Positions 19,110 through 29,036 are shown, numbered from the stretch's first letter. The stretch: 64,000 nt of DNA from Nitrospirales bacterium (GCA_963555755.3 OY820905.2:4160001-4224000); one strand, 5' to 3'. The notes: a model not told the origin generated them from the sequence alone. Numbers and translations are program-made.

Positions 19110-21989
19110 ATGGCTATGAACTTAGTACTCCCCGAAAAGAAAACCGCGATTGGTGCTGACCTGCGCCGGTTTCTTGGGGCCAGCAAGGTCAAAGACGACT
19201 ACTCCACGCTACGTGCCTATGCGGTGGATGCCAGTATGTATCGCATGACGCCGCAAGTGGTGGTCTTGCCTGACAGCGAATCGGACATTGAGCATGTGAT
19301 GGAGTATGCGGTGCAGAAGGGCGTCCCGCTCACCACGCGTGCTGCTGGGACGAATCTCACCGGGTCGGCCATTGGGTCGGGCATTATTCTGGATGTCTCC
19401 CATCTCAATCGGATTCTCGAAATTAACACCCATGACAAATGGGCACGCATTCAACCGGGCATTGTCCTCAACGAGTTGAACAAGCAACTGCTCTCTACTG
19501 GCCTCATGTTCGGGCCCGATCCTTCGAGTGGTGATATGTGCAAGCTCGGCGGCATGTTGGCTAATAACTCGTCAGGGCCCCACACGTTGCGCTATGGGTC
19601 AGTCAAAGATAATGTATTGGCACTGCGAGTATGTCTCGAATCTGGCGGTTGGCTTAATGCTGGCGTTGAACAGATAGATAGCCATCAATGCCGCGCGACG
19701 TTCGATCAATTCGCCGGGCTTGAATCCGTGGTGAATGTAGTGCGTGAACATCGTGAGCTGATTCACTCCAAGCGACCGCGTGTCAGTAAAAATAGCGCGG
19801 GCTACAATGTGTTCGATATGGCAGCGGGGCTGGAAAGAGGGATCGTTGATTTCCCAAAATTATTCGTCGGAAGCGAAGGCACGTTAGGGATATTCAGCGA
19901 GGCCACGATACAACTGGTTGATTGTCCACGATCGACAGTCACCGGGATGATTCATTTCCAGCACCTCGAAGAAATGGGTGAGGCGGTTCATCACCTATTG
20001 AAGCTTAATCCATTGGCCTTGGAGGTCATGGATGGCAATACCTTAGATCTGATAGGCCGGTCGCAGTACAACATTCCCGGAGACGCTGCTGCGACCTTGC
20101 TCATTGAATTCGATCAAGATGGCGACCACGGCGGCATTACGCAATTACGTGAGGCGTGTCAACGCTATCGCCTTGCCTCCGATCCTGTCATCGCCACAGA
20201 CCCTGAACAACAACAAGAATTGTGGAAAGCTCGAAAAGCGTTGTATCCCACGTTGTATCGGTATGACGCGAAGAAAAAACCCATCAATTATGTCGATGAT
20301 GTGGTGGTGCCCGCGGAACGGATTGGCGAGTTGATTCGCTACCTGGATGCCGTCTTTGGACATGCGCAGGTCCAGTTGGCGATCTTTGGCCATATCGGCA
20401 ATGGCAATGCCCACATCGTGCCCTTGCTGGATGTCAATGACGAGGGTGATTTTCAGCGAATGGTGGAGACGTATTACGAGGTGCATCACACGGTTCTGGA
20501 TCGATTCAATGGCTCGATTTGCGGGGAACACGGTGATGGTCGGGTACGTGCCGAAATGGTCAAGCGGATGTATGGCGAAGAATTGTATGGTGTGTTTGTA
20601 CAGGTGAAGCAGGCCTTGGACCCGGCAGGGATTTTAAATCCTGGCGTAAAAATAAGCGAGACGTCCTTTACGGAACACATCGACTTTGAGCGGTTGGGGA
20701 AAGCCTGTGCGACGTGCGCGAAATGTAATTCGGTCTGTCCGGTGTACGATGTGTTTCAGTCGGAAGATATGAGTTCGCGTGGGTGGTTTGAAATTGTGAC
20801 CGACCCGAACTACAGCTATTTGGATTCCAAACGCGTGGTTGAAGCGTGTTTAAATTGCAAGTCCTGTCGAACGATCTGCCCGGCTGACGTGGATGTATCC
20901 GAACTCATTTTGCAACGACGAGCGGAACATCCCAATGCACTTGCCGGGAAAATCTTTTCTTTTCAGGCGCAATCGGCGAAATTTGAAAAACTGATCAAAT
21001 TGGCCGCGAGGACTCAGAGCCTGTGGGATCGCCCTGTGATCCGCCGAATGATTGATACGTTCACCCGACCCATTCTCAAGCACCTTGCCGAAAACGCACG
21101 ATTTCCCTGGAACATGAAGCTACCTCTGTTGGCCAAGACCTTATTGCGGGAACGCCATCCGGAGTTATGCGTCTTGCCTTCCCCCTCGCCCCTTCGGGGA
21201 GAGGGCTGGGGTGAGGGGGAGACCCAGCACGATAAACAAAAGAAAGTCGCCTACTTCCACGGCTGTGCCGCCAATTACTTTGATGATGGCGTAGGCGATG
21301 CCGTCATCAATGTTCTGAAACGATACGGAGTCACTCCAGATCTTCCGCCACAGCGGTGCTCCGGCACTCCCATCGAGACCTACGGGCATCGAAAATTGGC
21401 CAAGGAAGGTGCTCGCGAGAATCTCAAACATTTCAATGGGTATGAGACAGTCATCACTGGCTGCGCTTCGTGCACATTGGCGCTGAAAGATTATGCAAAA
21501 TGGTTCAAGGGTGAACCCGAAGAGGAGTTAGCAGTGAGGTTAGCCAAGAGGGTCAAACATATTTCAGAATTTGCCTTGGAACATGAGTCGGCGCAGCCTA
21601 GGCAAAAGAAGAGCCAAGTTACGAAAAGAGTCACTTATCATTCGTCCTGCCATCTCCGTGCCGCAGGTGTGACCAAGCAACCGCGGGAGTTGCTAGCCAA
21701 TTTGCCTGGGGTGGACTATGTGGAAATGCAAGATGCCGATCGATGTGCCGGTGGGGCAGGGACGTATATTGTCAAGGATTACGACACGTCTCAAAAAATC
21801 TTTCAACGAAAAAAAACAGCCATTCTAAAAAGCCAAGCCGAAGTCGTGGCCACGAGTTGCCCCGCCTGCATGATTCAACTAAAAAATGGCTTGCCCGAGG
21901 ATACGTCGGTCAAGCATATTGCTCAGGTTCTTTTAGAAAATATGAGCGAAACAAATCCGCAAAAAGTGGACGGTTCCTCCCCTTTGTAA
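19110..21989 (+). CDS. FAD-binding / Fe-S oxidoreductase (GlcD-GlcF fusion, D-lactate/glycolate dehydrogenase-like)
   Basis: FAD_binding_4 region, GSEGTLG, GEHGDG, CxxCxxCxxxCP twice, CCG-like domains. Start uncertain (19101-19116). Confidence 0.88.
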   Translation: MAMNLVLPEKKTAIGADLRRFLGASKVKDDYSTLRAYAVDASMYRMTPQVVVLPDSESDIEHVMEYAVQKGVPLTTRAAGTNLTGSAIGSGIILDVSHLNRILEINTHDKWARIQPGIVLNELNKQLLSTGLMFGPDPSSGDMCKLGGMLANNSSGPHTLRYGSVKDNVLALRVCLESGGWLNAGVEQIDSHQCRATFDQFAGLESVVNVVREHRELIHSKRPRVSKNSAGYNVFDMAAGLERGIVDFPKLFVGSEGTLGIFSEATIQLVDCPRSTVTGMIHFQHLEEMGEAVHHLLKLNPLALEVMDGNTLDLIGRSQYNIPGDAAATLLIEFDQDGDHGGITQLREACQRYRLASDPVIATDPEQQQELWKARKALYPTLYRYDAKKKPINYVDDVVVPAERIGELIRYLDAVFGHAQVQLAIFGHIGNGNAHIVPLLDVNDEGDFQRMVETYYEVHHTVLDRFNGSICGEHGDGRVRAEMVKRMYGEELYGVFVQVKQALDPAGILNPGVKISETSFTEHIDFERLGKACATCAKCNSVCPVYDVFQSEDMSSRGWFEIVTDPNYSYLDSKRVVEACLNCKSCRTICPADVDVSELILQRRAEHPNALAGKIFSFQAQSAKFEKLIKLAARTQSLWDRPVIRRMIDTFTRPILKHLAENARFPWNMKLPLLAKTLLRERHPELCVLPSPSPLRGEGWGEGETQHDKQKKVAYFHGCAANYFDDGVGDAVINVLKRYGVTPDLPPQRCSGTPIETYGHRKLAKEGARENLKHFNGYETVITGCASCTLALKDYAKWFKGEPEEELAVRLAKRVKHISEFALEHESAQPRQKKSQVTKRVTYHSSCHLRAAGVTKQPRELLANLPGVDYVEMQDADRCAGGAGTYIVKDYDTSQKIFQRKKTAILKSQAEVVATSCPACMIQLKNGLPEDTSVKHIAQVLLENMSETNPQKVDGSSPL
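21179..21221 (+). repeat. REP palindrome in frame inside the oxidoreductase
   Basis: CCCCCTCGCCCCTTCGGGGAGAGGGCTGGGGTGAGGGG encodes PSPLRGEGWGEG. Confidence 0.75.
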
Positions 21990-22063
21990 GAGGAGGTGAA
22001 GGTGAGGTAGAGTCTTATCCTTGAATATTTCTACCTCCCCTAATCTCTCCTTACAAAGGAGGG
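21975..22063. repeat. Inverted REP doublet; supplies the oxidoreductase stop codon
   Basis: CCTCCCCTTTGTAAGAGGAGGTGAAGGTGAGGTAGA ... TCTACCTCCCCTAATCTCTCCTTACAAAGGAGG. Confidence 0.7.
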
Positions 22064-22105
22064 AAACTTTAGAACAAGTATGTGTGCAGAAGAAGGAGTT
22101 CACCA

Positions 22106-22384
22106 ATGGTTACGGTAAGAGTTTTTGGGCAAGACTTGTTGCCCTGTGTGGAAGATTCGGAAATGGAGTGTGAGTTAACTGGGACGCCAACGGTTCGAGA
22201 ATTTTTAGAAGGCGATCCCGAGAAATTTGGAGGGTTGTTGGAGTTTCTGAGTAAAGGGGAGTTGATGGTGAGCATTAATCAAAAAATCTCAACCTTGGAG
22301 TCGAAACTCAAGGATGGTGATGTTATAAAGCTCACCCATCAATTTAATCCGACACTCGAAGGGGCGATGTGGCAGAATCCCTAA
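22106..22384 (+). CDS. MoaD/ThiS-like beta-grasp protein without terminal GG
   Basis: AAGGAG RBS. MVTVRVFG...TVREFL...VSINQ...LKDGDVI. Confidence 0.65.
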   Translation: MVTVRVFGQDLLPCVEDSEMECELTGTPTVREFLEGDPEKFGGLLEFLSKGELMVSINQKISTLESKLKDGDVIKLTHQFNPTLEGAMWQNP

Positions 22385-22505
22385 CAGGGCGTTGAAAAAA
22401 CCCGCCAGCTGCGTTCTCGGGCCTTTGTCGTGCTCACGTACTGCTGTACGCTCCGCTCGCCAAATCCCCTGCGGCCTTGCTGGACGGCCTTTTTGAACAC
22501 CCTGT
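22384..22505 (+). mobile_element. Repeat family E copy
   Basis: ACAGGGCGTTGAAAAA...TTTTTGAACACCCTGT with the same core as 1550-1671. Confidence 0.85.
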
Positions 22506-22602
22506 ATTGATAGTGGAATGGAGTCGTGATGAGTGATGCTCTCGTCACGTTTATAATTAAAATCCTCGCTATTCTCCCAGAAAGTGACCGAAAAAGTACA
22601 AA

Positions 22603-22632
22603 TTGCCAAAAATGTTTGGCATGTGTTATACT
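22603..22632 (+). promoter_or_regulatory. Putative TA promoter with overlapping palindromic operator
   Basis: TTGCCA-18 nt-TATACT. Palindrome TGCCAAA-aatg-TTTGGCA. Confidence 0.5.
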
Positions 22633-22650
22633 TAGGTAAAAGAGGCCGTA

Positions 22651-22989
22651 TTGGGAAAAGCCGCTGAACCAAAAACCGTTGTTATCTATGAGGATGCGGC
22701 AGGCAAGCAACCCTTTGTCGAGTGGTTGGAAGGTTTACGGGATACCAAGGGTCGTGAAAGGATAATGGCCAGAATTGCCCGGTTGACTCAGGGCAATTAT
22801 GGCGATTGTGAATTCGTCGGCGATGGGGTGAGTGAATTGCGGATGTTTTTTGGTCCCGGCTACCGGGTCTATATTGGCGAAGCAGGAAACCATGTTGTCA
22901 TTTTGCTCTGCGGAGGCGATAAGAGCACTCAGGCACAGGACATTGAAACCGCGAAGGCCTATTGGAAGGAATATCAAAGCAATGCGTAA
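22651..22989 (+). CDS. Addiction-module killer protein (RelE/HigB-like, toxin first)
   Basis: PFVEWL..LRD...RI.ARI.RL..GNYGD...VGDGVSELR.FFGPGYRVY...LLCGGDKSTQ..DI. Confidence 0.9.
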   Translation: MGKAAEPKTVVIYEDAAGKQPFVEWLEGLRDTKGRERIMARIARLTQGNYGDCEFVGDGVSELRMFFGPGYRVYIGEAGNHVVILLCGGDKSTQAQDIETAKAYWKEYQSNA

Positions 22990-23302
22990 ATTACAGACAT
23001 TCGGGAACTATGAAGAAGAATATTTCCGTAAACACCCTGAAGAAATTGACAGCTATTTAAAGACGATTTTTGAAGAATGGGCTAAGGATGGAGATACTGG
23101 GGCCTTGCTGGCATCCTTACGGACGATCAGCCGAGTAAAAGGTGTGAGTGCCTTGGCGGAAGAGACAGGCATGAGTCGTCAAGGTATTCAGCATGCGCTT
23201 TCGGAAAAAGGCAACCCACGGCTCGAAAGCATCAATGCCATCATGCACGCCATGGGTTACCGCTTAATCCCGGAAAAGCTCGAGGTTCCCGCTGGTCGAT
23301 AA
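22982..23302 (+). CDS. Addiction-module antidote protein (HTH)
   Basis: LRTISRVKGVSALAEETGMSRQ.I..ALS..GNPRL. ATG overlaps the toxin end. Confidence 0.88.
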   Translation: MRKLQTFGNYEEEYFRKHPEEIDSYLKTIFEEWAKDGDTGALLASLRTISRVKGVSALAEETGMSRQGIQHALSEKGNPRLESINAIMHAMGYRLIPEKLEVPAGR

Positions 23303-23416
23303 GTCCAACTCGAAGGTGAAACTGTCAACAAAAGATGTGCCCCATTTTTTTGGTTCAGGGGCCAACCCTGGTCCAATTAGGCTTCATGGCACTTTGGGGA
23401 GGAAAGCTTGGAGGAG

Positions 23417-24154
23417 CTACGTTGAACTTGCTCTTGACTCGACAATACGAAGAAGGTGGCTGGCAAGCATAATCATTTCAACGGCTTCAGGTGCTTCAAT
23501 GGGAACATGGCGATGGCTATGAGGATTTTTATAGGACCCAATGGCTCCTGAAAAAAGTTCTCGAAGAGCTGACCTTTCAGATTCAGGAAGGCTTAGATCC
23601 GTTAATGGGCCATCTTCTGAATTTAAAGCCTTTCGCATTAACTTTACGCCAATATCAGTATCCTCTAAATTGCAGGCTTGTCGAACCGCAACCTCCACCT
23701 CCTTGAAGGCCTAAAAAACAGCCGTGTCATACTCACCACGGATAAATTGAGACCACACCTTGTGAGCGATTAGGGGATGAAGGATCCCTTTAGGAAGCAG
23801 ATTGGCACTACGAAAAGTTTGAAGATCAACGCGGCTTTTAATTTGTTGCCCTCTTCTCGTTATGAAAACCCACTCCTCAGATTCTTGCGGCCTCGGAGCC
23901 AGTAACCCTTCCCTTTCTAACCACCGCCAGGCTTCTGTTAGGGCACACATTATTGCTTGGTGCTTTTCCTTTGGATATTTGGCAATTCTATCGGAATGTA
24001 TGTAGTGTTGACGGTTTAGGATATCTTCTGCGCGATTTGGTGATTGCTTACCTAGAGAATTTAAATGCTCTAGCACATAACCAGCCAGTTCCTCAGGCTC
24101 CAATGCCAGAAGATGTTCATGGTCAGGAAGAATTGAATGGAGACTTCGACTCAT
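23417..24154 (-). pseudogene. TIGR02391 (Ymh-like) family protein with an in-frame amber stop
   Basis: EAWRWLEREGLL, GEYDTAVF*AFKEVEVAVR, LF.GAIGSYKNPHSHR. TAG at 23711-23713 in an otherwise continuous frame. Confidence 0.82.
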
Positions 24155-24277
24155 TTTTTCTTTTATAGTGGTTTAAGCAAAAGACTTATAACCCGATCGC
24201 ATGTTAGTTACCCCGTTCCTGTATTCGCTTTCTTACATCCCAAGCGTAGCCTTCTAAATCAACTTTAATGGGCTAGG

Positions 24278-26083
24278 TCAAGATCTATGATCGGTAGAAT
24301 TTATTCCATCATAGGTATGAGTGATGACACCTGCCTCAATTAACTCCTGGAGTGAAGGAAACCACATGTCATCCCCTGATATACTAAACGCTTTCTCAAC
24401 GAAGTCCTTTTTAATTCCTGCCTCCAAAAATAGACGTTTAGTTTTTTCGTCTTCCCCTTTTATCCAACGGTATGGCATGCCAGTGAACCAACTCTGGTGA
24501 AATCCCAGTTGTGACCCTGTTTTTAAAATGCGCTCTCTTCCTGCTATGAATGCATCCGTGCAAGCACTAAAACATCCAGTTTCTGTATAAGTTGAAAGTT
24601 GCCTTCCCTTTATGAAAAAGTGCAACCTTCTACCTTCCAAGGCATATCCTCCATCGCTGTTTAAGCGTACTAGCCATACATTAGGCGCACTATTTAACTC
24701 CAATTCGAGTTTTTTGGTTAGACCAAAAGCAATATGTCCATCTATAATAATTTCACTTTTATCCGCGTTGAGAGTAATTTTGGGGTCTCTAATATCATCG
24801 AGGCCAAGTGAAATTTTTGCGGAATCAACTAACGCGGGAATCAATGCAATATTGTAAATGCTCACCAGAAAAATTAATACTTGTGCCAATCTTGCCCAAG
24901 CGACCCTCCCCCTATTCCTAATATAATTTTGGGCTGCACGCCATAGTCCAACAATTTGCCAAATAAAAACGATTAAATTGAAACAAATAAGTGCATTTAA
25001 AATATGAAAATATATAATGGAAGATTCTTCATCTACTCCACTACTTTCAAGCAAAACATAGGTTAAAGAAAATGCAATGTTTAAACCAAAGTAGTTAAGC
25101 CAAAAACTCTTTGCGAGAGACAACTCACCACGCCAGTGCCTTATCAGATAGTTCGCACCTGTCTTTTCAGAGCCATTCCCAGAAGTTGGTATTAGATAGG
25201 AGAAGCCCCAGCCCAGTGCAGCTGCACCCATTGTTAAAAAACCTCCGGCTAGCCAAGACCCAAAAAGATCTCCCCAGGTTGCGCCCTGATACGCAGAAAA
25301 AGGCAGGACGGTGACAAGTACAATTAGACGTACCAATACCCCCGTAGCGAGGGTAGTTTCCAGTGCCCATGGCTTTCCCCGATTACCGGCATGAGCGAAG
25401 ATGAGTAGGTACCACGCAAACTCGCTCAGCCAGAAAGTGGGCACTGTACCCATGACTTCACGGAACCCCATGTAGCCATAAACAAAACCGATCAAAAAAT
25501 CTCCACCAAATCCCACTAAACCTGATTGAACAACAACCCTCCAATTAAGTGATTGGAATGCCGGAGCATGGTGCTCAGAAGTTTCAAGGCCCTTAGCTCC
25601 CATAAAACAAATTCCGACATAAATAATGTGTATCCAAGGAGAAACGCCAAGATAAAACTTAAAGATCAATTCCAATCCCGTCAGAGTAACTAAGGCGTAA
25701 GAACCCCATAGGCGTCTTTTAATTACGGCTATTCCTAGGGCAACAAAGAGAATTATTTCAGCAATAATGCCCACAGAACCCCATAGCCGATCGTAATCAA
25801 CTACAAACCGTTCTATTATGGATGCATCCCAAATACCTATAGAGGTTCCCGCAGCCTGTAGAAATGCAACAATAGCGGCTGCCTTCACCCAGGCTTGTTT
25901 TTTGTTTACCCTTTTAATTGGTTGCCCTGCCTCTGCTATAAACGAACTTGCAGGTGGTGCCTCCGTCTCAGGTTGAAATAGATAGCCACAACCGCATCGC
26001 ATTGCCGAATCAGGGTTAATTAGGCCGCAGCTAGGACACTGCGCCTGCAAGGTAGGTCCTTCTGGAAATAATGGGTCATTCAT
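24278..26083 (-). CDS. Multi-pass membrane protein with N-terminal Zn-ribbon and C-terminal ClpP/crotonase-like (COG3904-like) domain
   Basis: CPSC...CGC, many TM segments, HWRGELSLAKSFW, LNSDGG, CFSAC..AFIAG.ER, LGFHQ. Visibly AT-rich. Confidence 0.65.
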   Translation of the reverse strand: MNDPLFPEGPTLQAQCPSCGLINPDSAMRCGCGYLFQPETEAPPASSFIAEAGQPIKRVNKKQAWVKAAAIVAFLQAAGTSIGIWDASIIERFVVDYDRLWGSVGIIAEIILFVALGIAVIKRRLWGSYALVTLTGLELIFKFYLGVSPWIHIIYVGICFMGAKGLETSEHHAPAFQSLNWRVVVQSGLVGFGGDFLIGFVYGYMGFREVMGTVPTFWLSEFAWYLLIFAHAGNRGKPWALETTLATGVLVRLIVLVTVLPFSAYQGATWGDLFGSWLAGGFLTMGAAALGWGFSYLIPTSGNGSEKTGANYLIRHWRGELSLAKSFWLNYFGLNIAFSLTYVLLESSGVDEESSIIYFHILNALICFNLIVFIWQIVGLWRAAQNYIRNRGRVAWARLAQVLIFLVSIYNIALIPALVDSAKISLGLDDIRDPKITLNADKSEIIIDGHIAFGLTKKLELELNSAPNVWLVRLNSDGGYALEGRRLHFFIKGRQLSTYTETGCFSACTDAFIAGRERILKTGSQLGFHQSWFTGMPYRWIKGEDEKTKRLFLEAGIKKDFVEKAFSISGDDMWFPSLQELIEAGVITHTYDGINSTDHRS

Positions 26084-26280
26084 GGGGGCGTAGAATTGCT
26101 TCGGGAATAGGAAATTTAAACGCTATTTTTGGTCAATCGGAAAAGTATCGTAGAGGTCGTGAGCTGTCAATCACACCAATCAGCGATCTGAAAATGGTGG
26201 GGCAGCCTGCGAGGGAAGGATGTCAAATCTTTTTTTGAGAATTTAGGAGAGCAAAAAATATTACAAGCTCATCTCAGCCT

Positions 26281-26495
26281 GCGTTGGGCGCGGCGGAGCT
26301 TCTGGGCCGAATCGACTTTTTTGGTGAGGGCTGTTTGAACGGAAAGGTGGCTTTGCACCTTGGAGTGAGTTCCCGAACCATCTTATTCGGGGCGGAGGCG
26401 GAGGGACCCCCTTGGGGCCGCGCACGGGCGGAAATGGTTTTGGTCCCTTTTGCCGATACAAAAGGGACTCGTCGTGTGGGGGCGACACCCCACAT
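26281..26495 (+). repeat. Structured repeat family G (about 215 bp, no TIRs), copy 1
   Basis: GGGCGCGGCGGAGC...CCGAATCGAC...TTTTGCCGA.ACAAAAG...GTGTGGGGGCGACACCCCACAT. Four copies plus a 3' remnant at about 34616-34637. Confidence 0.85.
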
Positions 26496-26519
26496 ACTAA
26501 TTCTTTGAAACTATTTTTG

Positions 26520-26816
26520 TTACAGGGATGACAGATGCTGTGGGATATCCATGCTGTCATGGAGGATGCGGATAATTAGGATCTGATCAGCCTGGATCAC
26601 ATAGATAACGAGGTGTCGGCCATTATGGTGGATGCGAACGGGTGGGGTAAATTCTGGGCGTTCTCGGCCGATCAAAGGTGTTTCACCGAGTAACTGAAAG
26701 CAGTTTTCTAAATCTGAAAAGTATTTTTCAGCCTGTGTTTCTCCAAAGGTCCGAAAGCCATACCCATAAATCTCGATTAAATCGTTCTCGGCGTCCGGGG
26801 TGAGCTTATAAGGCAT
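26520..26816 (-). CDS. parE: ParE-family toxin
   Basis: YKLTPDAENDL.EIY.YG...FGE.QA..Y...P.IGR...HLVIY...IIRILHDSMD. Confidence 0.9.
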   Translation of the reverse strand: MPYKLTPDAENDLIEIYGYGFRTFGETQAEKYFSDLENCFQLLGETPLIGRERPEFTPPVRIHHNGRHLVIYVIQADQILIIRILHDSMDIPQHLSSL

Positions 26817-27060
26817 GTTTGGCCGCTTTGGCCTTCGACCGGGCCTCCTTCAAAATGTCTTGCATGGTTCGATCACTGATACCGTTTTCAATTCCCTTGG
26901 TAATCGCATCCTGTAACACTTTGATCTTTTCGCGATCCTGTTGATCGCGACGAATGAGATCTCTCACATAATCACTAGCATTGCCATACTGTCCGCCCTC
27001 AACTTGGGCTTCAACCCACGCTTTCATGGGATCGGGAAGGGAAACATTCATCGTGGCCAT
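26806..27060 (-). CDS. parD: ParD-family ribbon-helix-helix antitoxin
   Basis: MATMNVSLPDPMKAWVEAQV..GQY.NASDYVRDLIRRDQ. AAGGAG RBS. Confidence 0.92.
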   Translation of the reverse strand: MATMNVSLPDPMKAWVEAQVEGGQYGNASDYVRDLIRRDQQDREKIKVLQDAITKGIENGISDRTMQDILKEARSKAKAAKHAL

Positions 27061-27082
27061 ATAGGAATCTCCTTTTCTTTTT

Positions 27083-27112
27083 AGTATGGCAAGGATTGGC
27101 AAATTTTGTCAA
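27083..27112 (-). promoter_or_regulatory. Putative parDE promoter
   Basis: Minus strand TTGACA-18 nt-CATACT, containing two TTGCCA direct repeats. Confidence 0.5.
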
Positions 27113-27197
27113 TATGATTGTTGATAAAAATGGGGGTAGGGATGAGTATTGAGTTCTATTAGGGTTGCATTTCCCTCACTTGCTTGGGTGTCTTCCC

Positions 27198-27413
27198 GCC
27201 TTCGGGCGCGGCGGAGCTTCTGGCCCGAATCGACTTCTTTGGTGAGGGCTGTTTGAGCGGAAAGGTGGCTTTTCACCTTGGAGTGAGTTCCCGAACCATC
27301 TTATTCGGGGCGGAGGCGGAGGCACCCCCTTGGGGCCGCGCACGGGCGGAAATGGTTTTGGACACTTTTGCCGAAACAAAAGTGTCTCGTCGTGTGGGGG
27401 CGACACCCCACAT
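27198..27413 (+). repeat. Repeat family G copy 2
   Basis: Highly similar to 26281-26495, same orientation. Confidence 0.85.
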
Positions 27414-27450
27414 AATAACTCCACATAATAATTCTTGGAACAATTTAAAA

Positions 27451-28404
27451 CTAAGAGCTGGCCAATGCGGACATTCGGCGGTACTTATCTTCGCGGGTGG
27501 AGATGAGTTTGTCTTTCTTTTGTTTTTCTAACTGCTTGAGGTGGGTTTGAATGGATGTGGCCAATTTTTTTGCCATGACTTCGACGTCTCGATGGGCGCC
27601 TCCCAGGGGTTCGGGGATGACTTCATCGACGATGCCAAGTTTCAATAAATCCGCACCGTTCATTTTCAGCGCTGCGGCGGCCTCGGGAGCTTTGGCTGAA
27701 TCGTTCCACAGAATGGCGGCGCATCCTTCCGGGCTGATGACGGAATAGATCGAATTTTCCAAAATAAGGACGCGGTCTGCCACGCCTAGGGCTAAGGCAC
27801 CCCCACTTCCTCCCTCACCGGTAATCACTGCAACAATGGGCACCTGGAGTCTTGCCATCACAAAAAGGTTTCGCGCAATGGCTTCGGCTTGGCCGCGTTC
27901 TTCAGCTCCTACTCCTGGGTAAGCGCCTGGGGTGTCAATGAAGGTCACGATGGGCCGACCAAATTTTTCGGCAAGTTTCATGAGTCGAAGCGCTTTTCGA
28001 TATCCTTCGGGGTTGGCCATGCCAAAGTTTCGTTTGACGCGGCCTTTGAAGCCCTGCCCTTTTTCGTGGCCGATGACGCAGATCGATCGCCCTTCGAAAG
28101 TGGCAAATCCGCAAACAATGGCTTGATCGTCGCCAAAGTTTCGATCGCCATGTAGCTCAACAAAGTCTTGGCAAAAGGCTTCAATGTAGTGAAGCGTGGA
28201 CGGCCGTTGCGGGTGACGAGCGATTTGGGCTTGCTGCCATGGCGTGAGGCTGCCAAAAATTTCTATTTCCTTTTTTGTGAGCTGGCCTTGCAACATTCGA
28301 GTGAGACGCGGCACGCCTTTCTTGTCGGAGCCGGATTTCTTGACCTTCTCAATCCGCTCTTCCAGTTCTTTCAGCGGCTGTTCAAAATCTAAAAAATTGC
28401 GCAT
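27451..28404 (-). CDS. accA: Acetyl-CoA carboxylase carboxyltransferase alpha subunit
   Basis: LDFEQP, ARHPQRP, ELHGDR, NFGMANPEGYRKA, IDTPGAYPG, GEGGSGGA. Confidence 0.97.
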   Translation of the reverse strand: MRNFLDFEQPLKELEERIEKVKKSGSDKKGVPRLTRMLQGQLTKKEIEIFGSLTPWQQAQIARHPQRPSTLHYIEAFCQDFVELHGDRNFGDDQAIVCGFATFEGRSICVIGHEKGQGFKGRVKRNFGMANPEGYRKALRLMKLAEKFGRPIVTFIDTPGAYPGVGAEERGQAEAIARNLFVMARLQVPIVAVITGEGGSGGALALGVADRVLILENSIYSVISPEGCAAILWNDSAKAPEAAAALKMNGADLLKLGIVDEVIPEPLGGAHRDVEVMAKKLATSIQTHLKQLEKQKKDKLISTREDKYRRMSALASS

Positions 28405-28423
28405 GTGTGGATGTACCTATTCA

Positions 28424-29036
28424 GGACCTGAGAGGAAATAACTTGGACATCTCGCATCCAATCTTTGGGCCATCTTTGAACCTAGAAGCAGCAGTTGGAT
28501 CACAAAAGTCCGCGCAAGCTCTCAGGGTCCGTCACGAAATAACCGGGACAATTGGCCGAGACGATTTTGGAGCGAGCCAAGGAGCGAAGAGCGCGCATAC
28601 CGGGAGTATGGAAGCGATGAGCGACGCCGGCGGAGCCCAAAAGCGTCCGGCCCTCCGGGGAGGCCCATCTTTGGCCCGGGGCGGCGTTGCTCCTCGGTCA
28701 CAGAGCCCCGCTCTGCTCCCTCGTCGCGCCTTGCCCCGGTCACAAATCTGGGCCTCCCAATTGTCCCGGTTATTTCGTGACGGACCCTTAGCGCACCTGG
28801 CAAAATACAAAAATGTCTTATCACCACCGAGGTGACCACGACTTTTTGTATTTCACCATGCACACCAATATCTTACACGGCTTTTTTGCGCCCAACTGCT
28901 GTTTCTAGGTTGAACGGGCCTCAATCGACAAAACCTCAACATAGCTGTGCTATGCCTCGGGTTTTTCTCAATCGTTCCGTCCAAATCCGACCCCAATCTT
29001 GGCACGATAGTGTCCAAGTTATTTTCTCTCAGGTCC
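28424..29036. mobile_element. Triple-nested MITE stack A[B[C]]
   Basis: A ends at 28424/29036. B at 28481-28909 with TSD TTGAA. C at 28525-28787. Empty A (173-350) and empty B (52006-52168) are present for comparison. Confidence 0.93.
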
